Positions 26,941-36,973 of a stretch of 37,414 bases of DNA are shown piece by piece. The notes beneath the pieces are model-generated. The model saw only the letters and a list, made by a program, of their open reading frames with translations. It did no database searches and was not told the origin of the DNA. Positions within the stretch are counted from its first letter, which is position 1; each line of letters opens with the position of its first letter. The stretch is taken from contig JAWCKR010000014.1 in NCBI GenBank assembly GCA_038851755.1, forward strand, positions 1 to 37,414, in the 5' to 3' direction. The position numbers and the translations under genes were made by a program. This DNA is from Candidatus Hadarchaeales archaeon (lineage in GTDB: Archaea > Hadarchaeota > Hadarchaeia > Hadarchaeales > WYZ-LMO6).

Positions 26941-28053
26941 CTACCTGAGCAGCCAGGGGTTCCCTATCCTCACCTTCACCAGACCCTCCTTCCTGCACAG
27001 GGAAAGGTACCTCTCCGCCTCCTCCCTCCTGGTGTAGGGTAGGTCCCCCATCCAGTGGAGGGGGTGGAAGGCCAGCAGGACGTAGGGGATGGTGGGATCC
27101 ATGTCGGCGATGAAGGAGGCGAGGGCTCTCACCTCCTCCTCGTCCACGTAGCCTGGGACCAGGAGGGTGCTGGCGCGGAGGAAGGGCACCTCCGGCCTCC
27201 TGCGGTGCAGGCGGGAGAGCCTCTCGAAGTTACGGTAGGGGGCCCTCGTCCTCACCCCCGAGAGGGCGTAGAGCATCTCCTCCGACCAGCACTTCAGGTC
27301 AGCCTTTATTCCTCCCCCGCTCTCCAGGCACAGCCTCCCCACCTCCTCCAGGTCTTTCGGGTTCTGGTTCAGGTTGGTCTCCAGGCAGACCCTGAGGAGC
27401 CTCCCCTCCCCCTCCGCCCTTCCCCTCAGGGCCCTGGCGGAGGAGAGGACGAAGGGCATCTGGCTGGAGGGATCCCCGCCGAAGTAGCAGGCGCAGCCCA
27501 CCGCCTCGTCGGCCTCCTCCGCCAGCTCCGCCGGTCCAGCCACCGGTCCACCCCTCACCAGCATGGACTTGAAGGTGAAGTTCTGGCAGAAGAGACAGTT
27601 GTAGGTGCAGCTCCCTAGGAAGATGGCCAGGTTGAAGTAGCCCAGGTCCCCCCTGGGGGAGCGGCACCACCTCGGATAGCCTGCCCCTCCGGAGCCCGCG
27701 CAGAACTCCGCCGGGACGCAGTTGGTGGGGAGGGGGTCCAGATACCAGCTCACCAGCCCCCTCTCCTCCGTCCCCAGCGTCCTCACCAGCTTCCCCCCCT
27801 CGTTCCTCACCAGGCCGCAGTAGCCCAACCCTCCCTCGGGTATCCCGCAGGCGTTCCCGCACCCCTGGCAGACGGGGGCCCCCGGCTCCCTGGGGACGAG
27901 GGAGGGGAGCCCCAGACCCCTCCTGGTCCTGGCGTGGGCGGCCTCTATCCAGGGCCTGGCCTCCTCGAAGCGCTCCCTCACGCAGGAGGGGCAGACCCCC
28001 AGCACGGAGGAGGGGGCCTCCTTCCCGCACACCCTGCACCCCGGCATCCTCAT
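26941..28053 (-). CDS. Radical SAM protein (PFL-activase-like) with Cys-rich N-terminus
   Basis: [10 protein letters not shown]; YFGGDP; CLETN; [10 protein letters not shown]; LLAFHP; VRIGN. Confidence 0.88.
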   Translation of the reverse strand: MRMPGCRVCGKEAPSSVLGVCPSCVRERFEEARPWIEAAHARTRRGLGLPSLVPREPGAPVCQGCGNACGIPEGGLGYCGLVRNEGGKLVRTLGTEERGLVSWYLDPLPTNCVPAEFCAGSGGAGYPRWCRSPRGDLGYFNLAIFLGSCTYNCLFCQNFTFKSMLVRGGPVAGPAELAEEADEAVGCACYFGGDPSSQMPFVLSSARALRGRAEGEGRLLRVCLETNLNQNPKDLEEVGRLCLESGGGIKADLKCWSEEMLYALSGVRTRAPYRNFERLSRLHRRRPEVPFLRASTLLVPGYVDEEEVRALASFIADMDPTIPYVLLAFHPLHWMGDLPYTRREEAERYLSLCRKEGLVKVRIGNPWLLR

Positions 28054-28103
28054 CCTCCCTCTCCCGGGAACCCTTTAAGGAAGGAAGGGGGGAGTATAGG
28101 TGG

Positions 28104-29000
28104 ATGGAAGGGAGGACAAAGCTCTTAGGCACGGAGAGGCTCAAGAGGGGCTTCGCCAGCATGTGCAAGGGAGGGGTGATCATGGACGTGACCACCCCGG
28201 AGCAGGCCAGGATAGCCGAGGAGGCCGGTGCGGTGGCGGTGATGGCCCTGGAGGCCGTCCCGGCTGACCTCAGGAGGGCGGGAGGGGTGGCCAGGATGGC
28301 CGACCCCGCCAGGATCAAGGAGATCATGGACGCCGTCTCCATCCCCGTGATGGCGAAGTGCAGGATAGGTCACTTCGCCGAGGCCCAGGTGCTGGAGGCC
28401 CTGGGGGTGGACATGATCGACGAGTCGGAGGTCCTCACGCCGGCGGACGAGGAGTACCACGTGGACAAGAAGAAGTTCAAGGTCCCCTTCGTGTGCGGGG
28501 CCAGGGACCTGGGGGAGGCCCTGAGGAGGATCCACGAGGGGGCGGCCATGATAAGGACGAAGGGTGAGGCGGGGACGGGGAACATCGTGGAGGCCGTCAG
28601 GCACATCAGGCTCACCCTGCGCCAGATAGAGGAGCTGAGGAAGCTGAACCGGAAGGGACTGGAGGAGAAGGCCAGGGAGTACAGGGTGCCCGTGGAACTG
28701 GTGAGGGAGGTGGCGAAGCTGGGGAGGCTGCCGGTGGTCTGGTTCTGCGCGGGGGGAATAGCCACGCCGGCGGACGCCTCGCTGGTGATGCAGTTCGGGG
28801 TGGACGGGGTCTTCGTGGGCTCCGGCATCTTCAAGTCCTCCGATCCCCCGCGCATGGCCAGGGCCATCGTGGAGGCCACCAGGCACTACGACGACCCCGC
28901 AGCGGTGCTGAGGGCCAGCTGGAACCTCCCCTCCCCCATGAAGGGGACGGACCTCAAGGCGCTGAGACCCGAGGAGCTCCTCCACACTCGGGGAGTCTAA
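28104..29000 (+). CDS. pdxS: PLP synthase lyase subunit
   Basis: [59 protein letters not shown]. Confidence 0.97.
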   Translation: MEGRTKLLGTERLKRGFASMCKGGVIMDVTTPEQARIAEEAGAVAVMALEAVPADLRRAGGVARMADPARIKEIMDAVSIPVMAKCRIGHFAEAQVLEALGVDMIDESEVLTPADEEYHVDKKKFKVPFVCGARDLGEALRRIHEGAAMIRTKGEAGTGNIVEAVRHIRLTLRQIEELRKLNRKGLEEKAREYRVPVELVREVAKLGRLPVVWFCAGGIATPADASLVMQFGVDGVFVGSGIFKSSDPPRMARAIVEATRHYDDPAAVLRASWNLPSPMKGTDLKALRPEELLHTRGV

Positions 29001-29006
29001 TCCCGG

Positions 29007-29636
29007 GTGGGGCCCTTGAGGATCGGCGTTCTGGGGCTGCAGGGGGCCATCTCAGAGCACCTCTCCTCCGTGAGGAGGGCACTGAAAGCCCTGGGCCTGA
29101 GGGGGGAGGCGGTCTGGGTGAGCAGGAAAGAACATCTGGACGGTGTGGAGGGCCTCATCCTGCCCGGAGGGGAGAGCACCACCATAGGGAAGCTCATGGT
29201 GACCACCGGCCTCTTCGAGAGGGTCCGGGAGGAGGCCAGGGGGGGTCTTCCCGTGATGGGGACCTGCGCCGGGCTGATCCTGCTGGCGAAGGAGGGCGAC
29301 GAGGAGGTGAGGAGGACGGGTCAGCCCCTGCTGGGCCTCATGGACATGAAGGTGATCAGGAACGCCTTCGGGAGGCAGAGGGAGTCCTTTGAAACTGACG
29401 TGAGGGTGGAGGGCCTGAAGGGCGGACCCTTCAGGGGTGTCTTCATAAGGGCCCCCGCGGTCGAGCGCGTGTGGGGGGAGGCCAGGGTGGTGGCGGAGGT
29501 GGAGGGAAGGATCGTGGGGGTGAGGCAGGGGAAGCTGCTGGCGCTGAGCTTTCATCCCGAACTCACGGACGACACCAGGCTGCACGAACACTTCCTGGAG
29601 CTCTGCAGGGGAGGAAGGCCCGGCGCTTCACTCTGA
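29007..29636 (+). CDS. pdxT: PLP synthase glutaminase subunit
   Basis: GVLGLQG, ILPGGESTT, GTCAGLI, RNAFGRQRESF, FIRAP, FHPELT. Confidence 0.97.
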   Translation: MGPLRIGVLGLQGAISEHLSSVRRALKALGLRGEAVWVSRKEHLDGVEGLILPGGESTTIGKLMVTTGLFERVREEARGGLPVMGTCAGLILLAKEGDEEVRRTGQPLLGLMDMKVIRNAFGRQRESFETDVRVEGLKGGPFRGVFIRAPAVERVWGEARVVAEVEGRIVGVRQGKLLALSFHPELTDDTRLHEHFLELCRGGRPGASL

Positions 29637-29825
29637 GTCGTACTTCCTCATCCTGAGCTCTCTCTTCTTCTGGTCTATCTCGACCAGCAGGTAGTCGCCG
29701 GGAGAGAAGGGAAAGGCGGAGTCCCTGACCAGCTCCGTCGGGAGGTAGATGAAGAACTTGTCGTACTCCTTCTCCCCCGTCTTCGTGGGCCTGTTGATCA
29801 GCCTTCCTCTTCCCTTGGAAGCCAT
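29628..29825 (-). CDS. Small AbrB/SpoVT-like swapped-hairpin DNA-binding protein
   Basis: KFFIYLPTELVRDSAFPFSPGDYLLVEID fits the I.IP..+....+..GD.+.+.+ pattern. Confidence 0.65.
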   Translation of the reverse strand: MASKGRGRLINRPTKTGEKEYDKFFIYLPTELVRDSAFPFSPGDYLLVEIDQKKRELRMRKYDSE

Positions 29826-29994
29826 CCCATCGCTTCCCTTCCTCCCCCTTATAGGCTTTCCGGTTCTTCCTCCCCTTTAAATGGATGAACACTTTGGTGC
29901 TTCAAAGGATACACAGGGGGAGCGGGGCCCTGACGGGCACAATTTTGTTTACACAAAAACTTAAAGCCCTGAAGGGGTAGGAAGAGGGAGAAAG

Positions 29995-30138
29995 GTGGCG
30001 AGCCCCCAGGAGAAGAGGAAGGTTTGCCCGGACTGCAGGGCGGAGTTCTACTCCACCCTGGGACTGGTCCTCCACCTCCAGCAGCACGGCTACTCGAAGA
30101 AGGAGGCCTGGGAGAAAGCGAGGAGGGGTCAGAAGTAG
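29995..30138 (+). CDS. 47-aa C2H2 zinc-finger microprotein (not in ORF track)
   Basis: MASPQEKRKVCPDCRAEFYSTLGLVLHLQQHGYSKKEAWEKARRGQK*; C-x2-C-x3-F-x5-L-x2-H-x3-H; GTG start, purine-rich SD, TTAAA at 29961. Confidence 0.8.
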   Translation: MASPQEKRKVCPDCRAEFYSTLGLVLHLQQHGYSKKEAWEKARRGQK

Positions 30139-30884
30139 ACCAGGCGGTAGCTCCCCTCCCTGAGGTCCGCGAGCTCCTCCGCCTTGTCCACCGCGTCCCT
30201 GAAGGTCCCCAGGTTGTCCACCAGGCCCAGGGACAGGGCCTCCGTGCCGTAGACGGTTGAACCGTCCTTGAGGGACTCCAGCACGTTCTCCAGCCGCGGG
30301 CGGTTGCGCCTGATGCGGTCCATCACATCCCTGAGCAGGTTCTCCACCAGGCTCTGCAGGTACTGGTTCTCCTCGGGGGTGGGGCTCCTGTACTCCGCCC
30401 CCAGGTCCTTGAGCTGTCCCGTGGACCACCTGTAGTACTTTATTCCTTCCTTCTCCAGCCAGTTCTCGTAGCTGACCCAGATGGCGATCACGCCCAGCCC
30501 GGCGGTGAGGGTGCTGCTCCGGGCGAAGATGTAGCTGGCGGCGGAGGAGAGGAGGTAGGCCCCGGAGGCGGCGTACTCCTTCATGGTGACCACCACCGGC
30601 TTCTCCAGGGCGAGCTGGCGCATGGCCGTCTCCGTCTCGAAGCAGGCCTGGACGGTGCCCCCGGGGCTGTTGACCTCCACCACCACGGCCTTCACGCTGG
30701 AGTCCCTGCGGGCGCTGTCCAGCAGCTCGGCGTAGCTGAAGTCCGAGATTTCCCCCTCCACCCTGATCACGGCTATCTTGTCCCTAGGGCCCAGGAAATC
30801 CAGGGCGGAGAAGACGAACGCCAGCATGAGGAGAAGGCCCACCGCTCCCCAGAGGTATCCCCTCAACCCTCCCTTCTTCCCCAT
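30129..30884 (-). CDS. sppA: Signal peptide peptidase SppA (S49)
   Basis: N-terminal TM; IAVIRVEGEI, VNSPGG, KPVVV, AASGAY. Confidence 0.9.
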   Translation of the reverse strand: MGKKGGLRGYLWGAVGLLLMLAFVFSALDFLGPRDKIAVIRVEGEISDFSYAELLDSARRDSSVKAVVVEVNSPGGTVQACFETETAMRQLALEKPVVVTMKEYAASGAYLLSSAASYIFARSSTLTAGLGVIAIWVSYENWLEKEGIKYYRWSTGQLKDLGAEYRSPTPEENQYLQSLVENLLRDVMDRIRRNRPRLENVLESLKDGSTVYGTEALSLGLVDNLGTFRDAVDKAEELADLREGSYRLVYF

Positions 30885-30908
30885 CGCTCTCCCTTCTCCC
30901 CCCAGGCC

Positions 30909-33293
30909 TTAAAACACCTGGGGAAGGGAGATCTGCTCCACCACGGTGGGTCCTTCCCTGTCCTTGTCCCTGCTGAACCTGTAAAGGTACCCGCTCACGG
31001 CCGCCTCCAGCCTCTCCTCGTGGGTGATGAGCAGGACCTGGCGCACGAGGGAGGGGAGGCGATCCTTGAGCACCCTGGCCAGCTCCTGGATGGCCTCGGC
31101 GTCCAGGTTGTGGGTGGGCTCGTCCAGGACGATCCACCCCAGGCCCGGGGCCATCACCTTGGCCAGGGCCACCCTCATCACGAAGCAGGCGTCCGTCCTC
31201 TCCCCCCCGCTGGCCACGCCCTCCACGGGCAGCCAGTTGCCCCTCCTGTCCCTCAGCTCGAACTCGTAGTCCCCCCCCTCCCCCACCGAGAGCCTGAGGG
31301 AGGTGTAGTCCCCGTAGGGGTAGACCTCCTGCCAGAGGTCCTCCATCAGCTGGTTGACCTGCTCCACGAAGAGCTCGCGCATCATGGCCTGGGTCCTGGA
31401 GAGGGCGACCTGGAGGAGCCCCAGGGCCTCAGAGGCCTCCTCCAGCCTCAGGGCCTCCAGCTCCAGCCTCCGCAGGTTGAGCAGGTCCCTCCTCAGGAGC
31501 TCCAGCCTCTCCCCTTCTTCTTTGAGCAGCCTCTCGAGTCCCCTCAGCTCCCCCCTGAGGCCCTCCAGCTGGCGTAGGAGGGTTTCCTTCTCCTCCCTCG
31601 CCCTCCTCACCTCCTCCTCCCTGTACTTCCTCTCCAGCTCCCAGAGCTCCCTCTGCAGGCTCAGGTGCTGCACCCTCCTGTCCCTGAGCTGCCTCTCCAG
31701 CTCCAGGAGGCTCCTCGCCAGCTCCAGCCTGGCCCTGGCCTCCTGCCACCTCTTCCAGCTCTCCTCCTTCCTCACCCCTGCCTGGCGATGCCTCTCCCTG
31801 AGGACCTCCAGCCCCTTCTCGCAGGCCTCCAGCTCCCCCTCCTTCCTCACCCTCTCCTCACCGAGCCTCTCCAGTTCCCTCCTGAGCTCCGGAAGCTCCT
31901 TCAGCTCCCCCTCCACCGTCCTGACCCTCCGCTCAAGCTCGGAGAGCCTCCTCTCCTCCTCCCCCAGCTCCCGCAGCCTGACCCGCAGCTCCGCCCTCCT
32001 CCTCCCCAGCTCCTCCAGCTCCCTCCTGCGCCTCCCCTGAAGGGCCTCCTTCCTCCCCCCGTCCAGGGGAGCCTCGCACACCGGGCAGGAGGACCCGGCC
32101 GAGGAGAGCTCCTCCAGTCCCTTCCTCACCTCCCCCTCCCTGGCCTCCACCCTAGCCAGCTCGCCCCTCACCTCCTCCAGCCTCTTCCTCACCTCCTCCA
32201 GCCTCGAGGGGAGTTCTCCCGCCCCCACCTCCCTCAGCCAGCCCTCCTTCGCCTCCTTCTCCCTCACCCTCTGCTCCAGCGCCCTCCTCTGTCCCTCCAT
32301 CCCCTGCAGCTCCGCCCTCAGGGACCCCTTCCTCCTCTCCGCCGCGAGGAGCTCCGAACCCGCCCTCTCCTCCTCCGCCCTGGCCTCGGAGTGGGCCCTC
32401 TCCGCCTCCCCCGCCTCCCTCTCCAGGGCCTCCAGGTCGGGGGGCCCTCCGAGCCTCGCCCTCAGCTCCTCCTGCTGCCTCTGGAGCTGCTCTATCCTCG
32501 CCCCCTCCTCCCTCTCCCTGGTCCTGAGCCTCTCCACTCTCCTCCCCAGCTCCTCCAGCTCCTCCAGCCTCTTCCTCACCTCCTCCAGCCTGGGTGAGAG
32601 CTCACCCTCCTTCCGCCTCAGTTCCTCCGCCTTCCTCTCGTCCCCCTCCCTCTTCCTCCTCAGCTCCTCCAGCTGCCTGAGGAGGGCTTCCCTGTCCTGG
32701 CCCTCCACCATCCTCCTCCTGTCCCTGGCCTCCTCGGAGAGCCTCTTGGAGAGGGTCCCCAGCTTCTGGCGGGCCACCTCCAGCCTGTCCATCCCCATCA
32801 CCTCATCCACCTTCTTCTTCCTCTCCGCGGGGCGGAGGGTGAGGAAGTAGTCCAGCCTGTTCTGCTGGGAGTAGACGGCCCTCTCGAAGAGGTCGTAGTT
32901 CAGCCCCAGCAGCTTCTCCACCAGCTCCGTGACCTTCCCCGAGGTCCCTCCCTCCACCAGGGTGCCGTCGGCCTTCCTCAGCTCGGCCGAGGTGGTCCCG
33001 CCCTTCCTCCTTATCACCCTCCTCACCACGTACTCCTCCCCGGTGGGGAGCGAGAAGCCCACCTCCACCTCCGCCGACTCGGCCGGTTCGGGCTTGCTCC
33101 TGATCAGGTCCTCCAGCTTCACCCCCCTCTCCTTCAGGCCGGGGACCTTGCCGAAGAGGCCCATGGAGATGGCCTCCAGCACGCTGCTCTTGCCGCTCCC
33201 CATCCCCCCCACCAGCAGGTTGGTACCGTCGCCGAACCTGAGTTCGGTCTGCGCGTGGGACTTCCAGTTCCTAAGCCTCACGCGGGTGATCAT
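30909..33293 (-). CDS. rad50: Rad50 DNA double-strand break repair ATPase
   Basis: Walker A GGMGSGKSS, Q-loop YSQQ, coiled coil with CPVC zinc hook, SGGE signature, LDEPT, LITH. Confidence 0.93.
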   Translation of the reverse strand: MITRVRLRNWKSHAQTELRFGDGTNLLVGGMGSGKSSVLEAISMGLFGKVPGLKERGVKLEDLIRSKPEPAESAEVEVGFSLPTGEEYVVRRVIRRKGGTTSAELRKADGTLVEGGTSGKVTELVEKLLGLNYDLFERAVYSQQNRLDYFLTLRPAERKKKVDEVMGMDRLEVARQKLGTLSKRLSEEARDRRRMVEGQDREALLRQLEELRRKREGDERKAEELRRKEGELSPRLEEVRKRLEELEELGRRVERLRTREREEGARIEQLQRQQEELRARLGGPPDLEALEREAGEAERAHSEARAEEERAGSELLAAERRKGSLRAELQGMEGQRRALEQRVREKEAKEGWLREVGAGELPSRLEEVRKRLEEVRGELARVEAREGEVRKGLEELSSAGSSCPVCEAPLDGGRKEALQGRRRRELEELGRRRAELRVRLRELGEEERRLSELERRVRTVEGELKELPELRRELERLGEERVRKEGELEACEKGLEVLRERHRQAGVRKEESWKRWQEARARLELARSLLELERQLRDRRVQHLSLQRELWELERKYREEEVRRAREEKETLLRQLEGLRGELRGLERLLKEEGERLELLRRDLLNLRRLELEALRLEEASEALGLLQVALSRTQAMMRELFVEQVNQLMEDLWQEVYPYGDYTSLRLSVGEGGDYEFELRDRRGNWLPVEGVASGGERTDACFVMRVALAKVMAPGLGWIVLDEPTHNLDAEAIQELARVLKDRLPSLVRQVLLITHEERLEAAVSGYLYRFSRDKDREGPTVVEQISLPQVF

Positions 33294-34564
33294 CTCTCCC
33301 CCTCCAGCTCCGCCTCCACCATCCTCCTGACGAAGGCCCTCACCCTCTCCTCGACCTCCTCCTCCTTCCCCTCCATCGTCAGGGTGCAGAGGCTCCTGGC
33401 CTCCAGCCCGTAGGAGTACCCCAGCTCGGAGAGCTGCCCCTCTAGCAGGCGCAGGGTCATCTCCTCCAGCGAGCGGGCGTCCCTGAGCCTCTCGAGCACC
33501 TCCCTCCTCGCCTCCTCCTGGGGTGAGGAGAGGTCCTCCTTGCTCACCACCAGGAGCGCCCTGTCAGAGAACTCCTCCATCAGGGAGGTCTCGTCCAGGT
33601 CCCCCTTCTTTCCCTTCCCCAGCCTGCCCTTCAGCTTGAGGCGGATGAGGGGCAGCTTCTCCCTGTTCCTCCTCTGCCCCGAGAGGAGGGCCTCCACCCT
33701 CTCCCTCAACCTCCGCTCCAAGGAGGAAACCTCCATCCCCTCCGCGTCCACCTCCTCGTAGAGGAAGTCCCTGGGGCTCTCCAGCTCCACGAAGCGGTAT
33801 CCCTCCTTCCCCACCAGGTAGAAGCCCTTGCGGTTGCTCGCCTCCACCGGGAGGAGCTGCGTGCGCTCGGTGCTCCCCGGAAAGAGGAGGGGTCTGCCCC
33901 ACACGGCGGACTCCGCCCTGTAGTGCACGTGCCCGCAGAGGTAGAGGTCGAAACCCCTGGGGAGGTCCTCCGGCTGAAGGCCCGGGGTCTCCTCCGCGGA
34001 GAAGACGTAGTGGCCCAGGGACTGGTGCAGCATGAGGACGTTGAAGGCGCCCTCCACCGGCCTGGGGTCCCAGGTCTGCAGGAAGCTCCTCGAGTACTTC
34101 TCAGGCACGTGGCTCATCCCGTGCACCGCCACCCTCCCCTCCGGACCCTCGAAGACCACGGACTCCCTGTGCAGGTGGATGAGCATCCCGGCGGCCTCCA
34201 GCACCTCCACCGGGTTCTTCAGACCCTCCGTCCTGCTCTCGTGGTTCCCGTGGAGGGCCACCACGGGGATTCCCTGGAGGGAGAGCGGTGAGATCTCCTT
34301 CTCCTCCTTCCCGATCACCTCCACCAGTCTCATCCTCCCCCTGCCCATCCTGGGAAGGGTGAGGACCCTCATCGCCCTGGCCCACACCTCGTGCCTGGGG
34401 GACCTGGTGTCGAAGAGGTCGCCCAACAGCAGGATGAGGTCGGCGCCCTCCTCCACCGCCCTGCGGAGCGCCTCCTCCGCCTGGTCGAAGGAATCCCCCT
34501 CCCTGGGCGTCCCCCACTTCGTTCCCAGGTGGGTGTCACCGATCACGGCCAGCTTCAAGTCCAC
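33290..34564 (-). CDS. mre11: Mre11 nuclease
   Basis: GDTHLG, LGDLFD, HGNHE, LHQ, GHVH, FPGS; overlaps the rad50 start. Confidence 0.93.
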   Translation of the reverse strand: MDLKLAVIGDTHLGTKWGTPREGDSFDQAEEALRRAVEEGADLILLLGDLFDTRSPRHEVWARAMRVLTLPRMGRGRMRLVEVIGKEEKEISPLSLQGIPVVALHGNHESRTEGLKNPVEVLEAAGMLIHLHRESVVFEGPEGRVAVHGMSHVPEKYSRSFLQTWDPRPVEGAFNVLMLHQSLGHYVFSAEETPGLQPEDLPRGFDLYLCGHVHYRAESAVWGRPLLFPGSTERTQLLPVEASNRKGFYLVGKEGYRFVELESPRDFLYEEVDAEGMEVSSLERRLRERVEALLSGQRRNREKLPLIRLKLKGRLGKGKKGDLDETSLMEEFSDRALLVVSKEDLSSPQEEARREVLERLRDARSLEEMTLRLLEGQLSELGYSYGLEARSLCTLTMEGKEEEVEERVRAFVRRMVEAELEGER

Positions 34565-34664
34565 CTCCCCTCCTTCGCTTCACGCTCTTTAACCCGTGAG
34601 GTGAAAGTGTTATCCGGCCTCCTCCTTTGTAAGCCTTTATTCCGTGGGGAAGATTTTACAGGTG

Positions 34665-35885
34665 ATGACCCTCCCCTGGTCCGAGAAGCACAGGCCCAAG
34701 AAGCTGAGCGAGGTGGTGGGGCAGGGGATGGCCCTCCAGAAGGTGAGGGAGTGGGCAGAGGGATGGAGGAGGGGAAAGCCGGGGAAGAGGGCCCTCCTGC
34801 TCCACGGCGCCCCGGGCTCCGGCAAGACCACCATCGCCGAGGCCCTGGCAGCCGAGGAGGGATGGGACCTCATCCAGCTGAACGCGAGCGACCAGAGGAC
34901 CTTCGAGGTGCTGAAGAGGGTGGCGGGGGAGGCGGCGGTCACGGGCACGCTCACGGGAAAGAAGGGGGAAAGGAGGCTGGTGGTCCTGGACGAGGCCGAC
35001 AACCTCCACCCGCACAAGGACAGGGGTGGGTACAGGGCGGTGAAGGAGATCCTGGAGAGCACCCTGAACCCCGTGGTCCTCACCGCCAACGACCACAGGT
35101 CCATACCCTCCGAAATCCGCGACCTGTGCCTGGAGGTCAACCTGAGGCGTCTCTCCCCGAAGGAAATCGAGGAGATCCTCAGGAGGATCTGCGAGGAGGA
35201 GGGAATAGAGGCTGAGCCCCTCGCGCTGAAGAGGATAGCGGAGGCCTCCAGGGGGGATGCGAGGGCGGCCATCAACGACCTCCAGACCTCCTGCGTGGGC
35301 AAGAAGAAGTGCAGGATCCAGGATCTGGCCCTCTACCTCAGGGAGCTGGAGACCAGCGTGTTCGAGGTGCTGGGGAAACTGCCCCATGTGGAATCGGTGG
35401 AGAGGGGCAGGAAGCTGGTGATGGAGCTCGACCTCCCCCCCGACGAGTTCCTGGGGTGGGTGAGCGAGAACCTACCACCCGCCCTCGACCCCAGGGACAG
35501 GGCCAGACTGTACGATGCCCTCTCCAAAGCGGAGCTCTTCCTGGCGAGGGCCGTGAGGACGGGGAACTACGGGATGTGGAGCTACGCCTCCGAGCTCATG
35601 GGGGCGGGGCCCTCCCTCCTGAGGGAGGGAGAGGTCTCACCCAGGAGGTTCCAGTACCCAAGCTCCGCCAGCTTCTACGCCAGGACCAGGTGGAAGAGGG
35701 CCGTGAGGGACTCCCTGGCGAAGAAGTGGGCCTCGCGCTGCCACACCTCCTCCAGGGCCTGCAGGGAGCAGCTGGAGTACCTGGCCCTCATGGTGGAGCG
35801 GGGGAAAGCGGGGGAGAGGATAGCCCAGGAGCTGGAGCTCACGGAGCAGGAGAGGGAGTACCTGAAGAGCCTGGTGACCGCTTGA
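34665..35885 (+). CDS. rfcL: Replication factor C large subunit
   Basis: PWSEKHRPK, GAPGSGKTT, LNASDQR, LDEADN, GDARAAINDLQ, WVSEN; GGTG SD at ATG 34665. Confidence 0.92.
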   Translation: MTLPWSEKHRPKKLSEVVGQGMALQKVREWAEGWRRGKPGKRALLLHGAPGSGKTTIAEALAAEEGWDLIQLNASDQRTFEVLKRVAGEAAVTGTLTGKKGERRLVVLDEADNLHPHKDRGGYRAVKEILESTLNPVVLTANDHRSIPSEIRDLCLEVNLRRLSPKEIEEILRRICEEEGIEAEPLALKRIAEASRGDARAAINDLQTSCVGKKKCRIQDLALYLRELETSVFEVLGKLPHVESVERGRKLVMELDLPPDEFLGWVSENLPPALDPRDRARLYDALSKAELFLARAVRTGNYGMWSYASELMGAGPSLLREGEVSPRRFQYPSSASFYARTRWKRAVRDSLAKKWASRCHTSSRACREQLEYLALMVERGKAGERIAQELELTEQEREYLKSLVTA

Positions 35886-36973
35886 AGGTGGTGAAGAACC
35901 TCAGGCTGGGCAGGCTGGCCACCGACCTCCCCAACCACGGCCTGCCCGTGTACGGCTGGTTCCCTTTGAAGGAGGCCTTCTCCAGGGACCTGGTGGTGAT
36001 GCTCCTCCGCAGCCTCTGGATGGGGAAGGGGGACAGGGTGCTCGACCCCTTCTGCGGGAAGGGGACCACCCTCCTGGCCTGCAAGGAGCTGGGGGTGGAC
36101 GCGGTGGGCTACGAGGTGCACCCCCTCTTCCTCTTCCTCTCCAGGGTGGAGCTGAGGGACTACGACCTCCCCGCCCTGAGGAGGGCCGGGGAGGAAGTCC
36201 TCTCCGCTCCCTTCCGTCCCCCCAGCACCCCTCCCCCGAAGCTCCTGCAGAAGTTCTTCCATCCAGGCGTCCTCCAGGACCTCCTCTTCTTCAGGGAGGA
36301 AATCCTCAGGAGGGAGGGAACAGAGAGGGACTTCCTCCTCACGGCCCTCATGCTGGCGGCGGTCGAGAGCAGCTGGGCCTTCAAAGACGGGGAGGTGCTG
36401 AAGGTGAGGAAGGGAAAGATCACGCCCCTCAGGGAGGCCCTGGCCAGGAGGATAGGGTGGATGTGCGACGACCTGGAGAAGCTGGAGACCAGGAGGGCCG
36501 ACCTCTCCGTGGTGGAGGGCGACGCGAGGGAGATGGAGGTGGAGGAGGAGTCCTTCGACGCCGTGATCACCTCGCCGCCCTATCCCGGGAAGCTGGAGTA
36601 CGCGCGCGCCTACAGGCTGGAGCAGGAGATTTTGGGGCTTCCCCCTCCCCGCCCGGAGAAGCTGCTGGGGGTGAGGACGAGGGGAGGGGAACCAGAGTTC
36701 GACCAAGAGGCCTACCTGGAGGATCTCTCCAAGGTGGTGGAGAAACTCTACCTCGCATGCGTGGAGGGGGGGGAGGTGGCGATGGTGGTCTCCGACGGGT
36801 GCTTCCCCGAGGAAAGGAAGGTCTTCGAGGTGTGCACCCCGGTCTGCGAGATCGCCGAGAAGGCAGGGTTCAGGGTGAGGAAGGCCATCATCGTGAACGA
36901 GAGGTTCTGCACCACTCCCTCCAGGAAGAAGCTGGGGGTCATGAGGGAGTACCTGCTCCAGTGGAGGAAGTAG
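35882..36973 (+). CDS. DNA amino-methyltransferase (N4-C/N6-A type)
   Basis: WFPLKEAFS, VLDPFCGKGTT (SAM binding) before VITSPPY (catalytic); TTG start overlaps the rfcL stop. Confidence 0.8.
   Translation: MKVVKNLRLGRLATDLPNHGLPVYGWFPLKEAFSRDLVVMLLRSLWMGKGDRVLDPFCGKGTTLLACKELGVDAVGYEVHPLFLFLSRVELRDYDLPALRRAGEEVLSAPFRPPSTPPPKLLQKFFHPGVLQDLLFFREEILRREGTERDFLLTALMLAAVESSWAFKDGEVLKVRKGKITPLREALARRIGWMCDDLEKLETRRADLSVVEGDAREMEVEEESFDAVITSPPYPGKLEYARAYRLEQEILGLPPPRPEKLLGVRTRGGEPEFDQEAYLEDLSKVVEKLYLACVEGGEVAMVVSDGCFPEERKVFEVCTPVCEIAEKAGFRVRKAIIVNERFCTTPSRKKLGVMREYLLQWRK

Noticed and set aside
29881-29935. Possible C/D sRNA (GGATGA...CTGA)
   Set aside because: Imperfect C box, no clear internal boxes, and it lies within a divergent promoter.
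31400-32800. Repetitive CTCC/CCTC tracts including a repeated RLEEVRKRLEE
   Set aside because: Rad50 coiled-coil E/R/L codon bias, not a repeat array or CRISPR.
35309-35881. N-terminal part of the 554-aa MTase ORF; similar apparent fusions at 19677-20666, 22078-23019 and 25102-26733
   Set aside because: Extensions overlap neighbouring real genes in other frames; shorter starts fit motifs and stop/start overlaps.
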